Shown: positions 59,130 to 64,000 of the stretch, piece by piece | Layout of the letters: the number at the start of each line of letters is the position of its first letter | Numbering within the stretch: the stretch's first letter is position 1 | Origin: Parcubacteria group bacterium | GTDB lineage: Bacteria; Patescibacteriota; Minisyncoccia; UBA10092 | DNA length: 64,000 nt | Assembly: GCA_016186325.1 (NCBI GenBank) | Contig: JACPLW010000002.1 | Location: 66,290-130,289 of the forward strand | Direction: 5' to 3' | The notes under the pieces: model-generated | The model's input: the letters and a program-made list of their open reading frames with translations, nothing else | Told to the model about the DNA's origin: nothing | The model's database searches: none | Program-made: the position numbers and the translations under genes

Positions 59130-59756
59130 TTACTTTACCTTAAAGTAATCCGCAACGGCAGTCAAAAGGTCGTCCAGATTTTCAACAAGACGAAATGGTT
59201 TTCCGCGGAGCAAGGTTTCTGGTGTGTGAAATCCCCAAGTAATACCGATTGCTCCAACACTCATTTTTTCGGCTTCGTGCATATCGCCTAAAGTGTCAGT
59301 GATAAAAACGCAGTTTTTTGGTTCGACGTTGTATCTCTCAAAAACCATTTTCATTTTCTCAACTTTGCTTGTATGTACATCATTGCCCATGATTTGAGCA
59401 AAATGATTGGCCAAATCGTGTCTTTCCAAAAATTCTTGAATCGGGCTTGTAATCGTGGAAGAAATGACAATGAGTGTATAATTCTTTTCTAGCTCAATAA
59501 TAACGTCTTTAATTCCGGGCACGATTTGGACTTCTTTTTTCATTCTTGGAATGTATTCCGTAAAGAAATCAATATCGTGCCGACATTCTTCCGTGTGAAC
59601 ATTTATTGGTTCTTCCCAATCGTTGATGTTTCCTTCAAAACGTTTCCGATACGTATCTTCGGTTATATGAGGACAAATCATTTTCTGAATTTCAAAAGCT
59701 GGCTGGAATGAATCGGCCATGACACCGTCAAAATCAAAAAGAATGAATTTTTTCAT
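59130..59756 (-). CDS. HAD-family hydrolase/phosphatase
   Basis: FDFDGV motif I, TDTLGD motif IV. Confidence 0.9.
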   Translation of the reverse strand: MKKFILFDFDGVMADSFQPAFEIQKMICPHITEDTYRKRFEGNINDWEEPINVHTEECRHDIDFFTEYIPRMKKEVQIVPGIKDVIIELEKNYTLIVISSTITSPIQEFLERHDLANHFAQIMGNDVHTSKVEKMKMVFERYNVEPKNCVFITDTLGDMHEAEKMSVGAIGITWGFHTPETLLRGKPFRLVENLDDLLTAVADYFKVK

Positions 59757-59759
59757 AAA

Positions 59760-59978
59760 TTATTTGTCTTCATCAGCCGACACGCCAAGCGCGATTTCTT
59801 TTTTAGCCAGCCGATTTTCAAAAAATTGATAGATCTCCTCTTTAATTTTGTCCGAGATTTCCTTGATACTTTCTTCTGCTTGCTTTATCAATTTTTTGTA
59901 GTCGTCAGCAAGACGCGGATACCAGTCGTCGTGTTTTAATGTCTCATTCCATTTTTGTTCGTCAAAATATTTAGTCAT
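59760..59978 (-). CDS. Small hypothetical protein, possibly truncated
   Basis: ORF tightly packed between neighbours. Confidence 0.55.
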   Translation of the reverse strand: MTKYFDEQKWNETLKHDDWYPRLADDYKKLIKQAEESIKEISDKIKEEIYQFFENRLAKKEIALGVSADEDK

Positions 59979-59980
59979 AA

Positions 59981-60679
59981 CTATTTTCTAAATTGCCAAT
60001 GCCAAGGCTCAAACATAGCGCCTAATTTATTATTCCGCGGATATGATTGGTAAAATCCAAATTTATCGGCATTTTTCAAAAGCCAGTTGTATTCAATAGT
60101 TTTTGCAAAATCTAGCGGCTTTTCATCGTTTGGGACTCCATCAGTAGTGATAAAATCAACTGCTTGCCCTTTTGGAAAACCGTGTTCACTGTAGCCCGGT
60201 ATGGCTACGCGTTTGATAGTTTTAGAAAAGTTGAATTTGTGAAAGTTTAAATACCATAAAAAAGTTATAACTTGGTATGCTGGCGAACGATAACCAGAAT
60301 CTACTAAAAGTTTCTTTTTTATGTCTTTGAAAAGCACGCTGTTTAATTTTTTGTATGCCTCGAAAACAGGCTTCGGGAGATACTGAGTTTCGATTTTTTC
60401 TATCTTATCTTTTGACTTATATTTCTGGCCGCGTATTGCTACAAGATTTTTTGGAACACCCTGTATTCTAAGATAGCGACCCTTGAACCCAAAGATTAAA
60501 GGATTGATATCTCGAAATTTTTTTACCAAAATTTTCTCTTTATCACTGAGAAACTTAAAAAGATGCTCAAAGCCAATTATTCTTACTTCGCTATTTTTCT
60601 TTTTCTTTTCTATTTTTTCCAGAATAGAAACTATGAGTTTCTTATCTTCGGCTGATGTTGAAAATTTTGGTGTATTCAT
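59981..60679 (-). CDS. M15B D-Ala-D-Ala carboxypeptidase (VanY-like)
   Basis: SGYRS, PGYSEH...AVD, EPWHW. Confidence 0.92.
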   Translation of the reverse strand: MNTPKFSTSAEDKKLIVSILEKIEKKKKNSEVRIIGFEHLFKFLSDKEKILVKKFRDINPLIFGFKGRYLRIQGVPKNLVAIRGQKYKSKDKIEKIETQYLPKPVFEAYKKLNSVLFKDIKKKLLVDSGYRSPAYQVITFLWYLNFHKFNFSKTIKRVAIPGYSEHGFPKGQAVDFITTDGVPNDEKPLDFAKTIEYNWLLKNADKFGFYQSYPRNNKLGAMFEPWHWQFRK

Positions 60680-60777
60680 AGTTATTTCAATAATTTATCA
60701 GCCGACACACCGAGTGCGTTAGATATTTTTTCTAGAGGTGATTTTTATGGGCGAGCCCACCTTCGCTAAAGCTTCGG

Positions 60778-60862
60778 TGGGCGAGGAGAGAGTCGAACTC
60801 TCACGAGGAATTACCCTCAAAGGATTTTAAGTCCTTCGTGTCTGCCATTCCACCACTCGCCC
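60778..60862 (-). tRNA. tRNA-Leu(TAA)
   Basis: GGGCGAG acceptor stem, TAA anticodon, long variable arm, GTTCGA T-loop. Confidence 0.95.
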
Positions 60863-61147
60863 GGAGTATCTTTACGACTTCGCTCGAACCTACTTTATCA
60901 GAAATTCCTGAACAAAGGAAGCCGCCCCGCCGCCGCTCGCTAACGCTCGCCGCCAAGCAAAATACTCTTTACGATTTCCAATTTGCGCGCGCCACCAAAA
61001 AAATTCTTCTAAAAGGAAAAGAGTATTTTGCTTGGCTCTGCTCTGAACGAGCAGGCGGCGGGGCTGGCCTCTATTTTCGCTCGGGCGCGGCGGAATTCCC
61101 CCCACACCCCCCTTCCGCCGCGCCCTCGCTTCGACGGCGAAAAATTG

Positions 61148-61915
61148 CTATTGAGGAATTAACATTCCGGATTTCTCAACATGCTTTACGCCTCGATTGG
61201 TAATCATATATTTGTTATCTCTGCCCACTACAAAATCATTGTCGTGCTCAAGTTGAGTCAATGTCCTACGGACATTGGCGCGCTGATTTGGTCTTAGCCA
61301 TGAAGAAAGTTCATCAACGGTTGCCCCGCTTCTGCCTCTTTGATACAGCGTAGCTAATAATCTTTCTTTCGGTCCCCAAGACGGATTGAGTGTTTTCAAA
61401 AATCCGTCAAAGTCTTGCACAACAAGAGATTTTCTCTCAATTATGCTATCTACGATGTTTTGTGCTTCTTGCGGCGATACAGAGTGATACAATCTTACCA
61501 ATTCAGCCAAAACCCAATCGCACGCCGCAACAACAAAAGTCGCATCTTGCGGATTTGGATCAATCCCGTCTGCCAAATGAGCCGCGTCCCTTTTAGTTCT
61601 AATGTCATAAATCAAGCGTAGGGTACGCGGAATATGAAGACGGATTGATTCGGGCTGATTACCAAAAGGAATGTTTTGGAGGCGCGTGATTAGCTTTTCC
61701 GTATCCAATTGTTTACCGATTGGGGTTTGGCTTCCGAATGCGTGTATCTCTAATATCCGAAAAACCGCTTCAGCGAAGCGGCCTCCTTCAACCTCGTTGG
61801 GACGAAATTTGTTAAGATAATAGTTATTCTTGGTTTCGCCGTATGCCTCCAAAAGTTCCGAAACTATTTGTTTTGGTAATTTTTGTTCGAATCCTTGTTT
61901 GATAACTTCCAACAT
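61148..61915 (-). CDS. HEPN-like domain + C-terminal wHTH protein (putative defence effector)
   Basis: GRFAEA helix and RTKRDAAH (Rx4-6H) motif; start reassigned to MLEVIK. Confidence 0.65.
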   Translation of the reverse strand: MLEVIKQGFEQKLPKQIVSELLEAYGETKNNYYLNKFRPNEVEGGRFAEAVFRILEIHAFGSQTPIGKQLDTEKLITRLQNIPFGNQPESIRLHIPRTLRLIYDIRTKRDAAHLADGIDPNPQDATFVVAACDWVLAELVRLYHSVSPQEAQNIVDSIIERKSLVVQDFDGFLKTLNPSWGPKERLLATLYQRGRSGATVDELSSWLRPNQRANVRRTLTQLEHDNDFVVGRDNKYMITNRGVKHVEKSGMLIPQ

Positions 61916-61922
61916 ACATAAA

Positions 61923-62486
61923 TTATTTTTTCTCTTTTTTCTTCTTTCGCGGTTTCCTAGATTTAGCGCCTGCAATAAGTTTCTTAACTGACTCTTGGTC
62001 CGGCAAAGCATTTACAATATCTGCACCATGAGTGCTCAACTGATGGGTTGCTTTCCCAGTTCCTTTAGTCAAAAATTTATAACGATCCCTTGCCTTTGTA
62101 ACTACATCGGTGATATTTGAAATTTTTGGCTGCCGGGCTTCTTGGGTATTTGCCTGCGACATTTCGGCGTTTTTAAATTCTTTCCTATTTTGTTTGTATT
62201 CTCGGTAATAGGCAATCACCGCAACTCGCTGATATTCGTTCTTAGGGTTTTTGTTTTTAACAAAATCGGCCATACTCGTATCCAAGCCAGCGCTTTGGCT
62301 ACCCCCAGCGATACTTGAATCTGATTGTGGAGAATTGAGATTAGTTGGAGGGGTTAGTCCTACTTGTTTGAGTGCAAACGAAATAACATCCGGACGGTCG
62401 CTTTCGTCCAGTTTCTGGAGTTCCTTTACGATTACCTCAATCGCCTTGAGTTTCGCAGAGAGTTGTAAACTATCCTTTTTCGCCAT
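61923..62486 (-). CDS. Hypothetical protein with wHTH-like C-terminal domain, partner of the HEPN-like gene
   Basis: 7-bp gap to the downstream gene; N-terminal helices, linker, 'KNPKNEYQRVAVIAYY' domain. Confidence 0.7.
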   Translation of the reverse strand: MAKKDSLQLSAKLKAIEVIVKELQKLDESDRPDVISFALKQVGLTPPTNLNSPQSDSSIAGGSQSAGLDTSMADFVKNKNPKNEYQRVAVIAYYREYKQNRKEFKNAEMSQANTQEARQPKISNITDVVTKARDRYKFLTKGTGKATHQLSTHGADIVNALPDQESVKKLIAGAKSRKPRKKKKEKK

Positions 62487-62557
62487 ATAAGTATATCTAA
62501 TACCTATTAACCGAAAAAGTCAAACTTACCAACTATATTTTTTTTAGATAATTGTTA

Positions 62558-63724
62558 TTAGTAAGCAATTTTTTCAAAAAGTAAATCGTTGCCGTCAATA
62601 GAAAACTCAACAAACACAAGAGGACTAGACCGGCGATTGTTCGTTTGATTAAAGCGGTTGAAGCTATCAACTAATTTGCGGTAGTTATTTGTCGTTTTAT
62701 CTTCAATCTTTTTCGCTATCAATACCGGTTGAATATCGCTTTGGCGATTTGGAATATAATACTGCTCTATCCAATCCACATATCTTTGAATTTGAATAAC
62801 ATTTCTTTCGTCCGCTTCAACCGCTTTTAATTCAATCGGAATAACCACTCTTTGGTTATTTTTCATTACCGATGGCATAACATCAATTCTCTGCATACCG
62901 ACACCGCATGAAACTTCATTGCCAAGCCATTCTATTTCTGCACTATTTAGTATTGCCTCGTCCAAACTTCTGTTTTTACCCTCGCCTAGATTTTTTGTTA
63001 TATACCATTGTAAATGTGCCTCAAAAGAATTTCCGGCTTGATATTTTGCTGTCAATCGCGGCAACAAATTTATTTCTTCCTTTCGTCCAGCATACGAATT
63101 AGGCCGTCTATCGGCACAAATAATTTTTTGAGCATTTGAATCGAATGAAAGCATTTTATTCTCACAATTTAACTCCGTCCGATTATTCTTGTTTCTGATA
63201 AGCTGTGTTAGCCGTTCTGCTTCATAGATAGTAATCATTGTGTTGCCACGATTACCTTTGAGTTTTCGGTATATCAAGCTCCACAACATTTGATTTGGCG
63301 AGGTCATATTTTTAATTTCATCCAACGCTTCCCACTCCGTAACCCCCTCGGCATATACCTTGTACGGCTCAATAATGGTTCTGAAAGTTAAAGATTTTTC
63401 CAGTTCATTTTTGAGATATTGCTGTCTATCATTGTTATCCAAAAATGACCAGTTGTGTTTGGCTTTAAAAATTCCAAAAAACTTGCCTTCAAAAATTTTC
63501 TCGGAAAAATCTTGCTGTAAATAAAAAATTATCTGGTCCCCCTGCCTAACCCTACCGCCATCGGCAATCATGCCGACAAGCATATTTTCTGTAGTTGCAT
63601 GAAGCGAAGTGCTGGAATTATTGTTGAAATCAATTGTATTGTCTCTTGCTCCCGTACCAGCAAAAAGATACTCCAAGTGGAGTTTGAAGGTAGTTTTATC
63701 AACAATAAAAACATGGGTGGTCAT
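62558..63724 (-). CDS. PD-(D/E)xK endonuclease (NucS-like C-terminus, EVE/PUA-like N-terminus)
   Basis: NEV...RIDV...IELK...QIQRY; N-terminal 'VRQGDQIIFY...FFGIF'. Confidence 0.75.
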   Translation of the reverse strand: MTTHVFIVDKTTFKLHLEYLFAGTGARDNTIDFNNNSSTSLHATTENMLVGMIADGGRVRQGDQIIFYLQQDFSEKIFEGKFFGIFKAKHNWSFLDNNDRQQYLKNELEKSLTFRTIIEPYKVYAEGVTEWEALDEIKNMTSPNQMLWSLIYRKLKGNRGNTMITIYEAERLTQLIRNKNNRTELNCENKMLSFDSNAQKIICADRRPNSYAGRKEEINLLPRLTAKYQAGNSFEAHLQWYITKNLGEGKNRSLDEAILNSAEIEWLGNEVSCGVGMQRIDVMPSVMKNNQRVVIPIELKAVEADERNVIQIQRYVDWIEQYYIPNRQSDIQPVLIAKKIEDKTTNNYRKLVDSFNRFNQTNNRRSSPLVFVEFSIDGNDLLFEKIAY

Positions 63725-64000
63725 ATTGTTTTTTTGAAAACCAAAATGTATTCGTGCTTAAAAATATAAAAACCGCCAACAAGCGCGCGGTATCTCCATA
63801 AATTTTCCTGATTCAATTTTGCGCGATTGTTCGCCATATTTTTTACTAAAATACTTTTTAATTTCAGTCCCTTTCCGCGCTTGAGCGTTTCTTGCATGAG
63901 ATAAAAACCGAGTGGCACCCATTCGCTATTTGTGTATTTATCCCCGATCACAATTCCCAAATAGCGATTTCTGTCTAACAGATCGGTAAAGTTTTCTATC
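63721..64000 (-). CDS. DNA methyltransferase (N4/N6 type), C-terminal part; 5' end outside window
   Basis: IVIGDKY...HEYILVFKK; ATGA overlap with the nuclease gene. Confidence 0.75.
   Translation of the reverse strand, partial: IENFTDLLDRNRYLGIVIGDKYTNSEWVPLGFYLMQETLKRGKGLKLKSILVKNMANNRAKLNQENLWRYRALVGGFYIFKHEYILVFKKTI

Noticed and set aside
60838-61203. Short ORFs on both strands next to tRNA-Leu(TAA)
   Set aside because: They derive from GC-rich hairpin/island-end sequence and the tRNA antisense; no coding signature

Overview
Core chromosomal region around the replication origin of a Patescibacteria/CPR bacterium, most likely Parcubacteria. This assignment is inferred from gene content and style; standard code 11 is used, with TGA as stop. 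Left to right: a relaxase-less T4SS-like cluster (VirB6-like, PrgI, VirB4, pilin); jag-yidC-rnpA-rpmH | dnaA-oriC-dnaN; PBP1A, tyrS, ruvC/yebC/ruvB, a 6S RNA with a perfect sigma70 promoter, pilB, tsaE, polA, mutM, holA, rpsT, ruvA, tRNA-Leu(CAA), parAB, relA, topA, dprA, pth, lepB, hisS, ftsA/ftsZ, split comEC, ndk, tRNA-Pro, rpmB; then tRNA-Leu(TAA) flanked by accessory islands, including a methylase, a nuclease and a HEPN-like pair. The most striking unexplained signal is a family of five 97-101 bp elements. They have polar 13-16 bp terminal inverted repeats (YCCCGTTAGAAA...TTTCTAACRGGR), unrelated interiors, and 4-bp target duplications in four of the five. Every copy sits on a start codon, stop codon or gene junction of a core gene and rebuilds the start/stop it interrupts. 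Other signals: several families of short palindromes inserted in-frame in housekeeping proteins; heptamer-repeat hairpins that appear to encode signal peptides; probable split-recombinase scars marking tRNA-linked islands; and two candidate unannotated structured RNAs. All calls are by eye from the sequence; no database searches were run.
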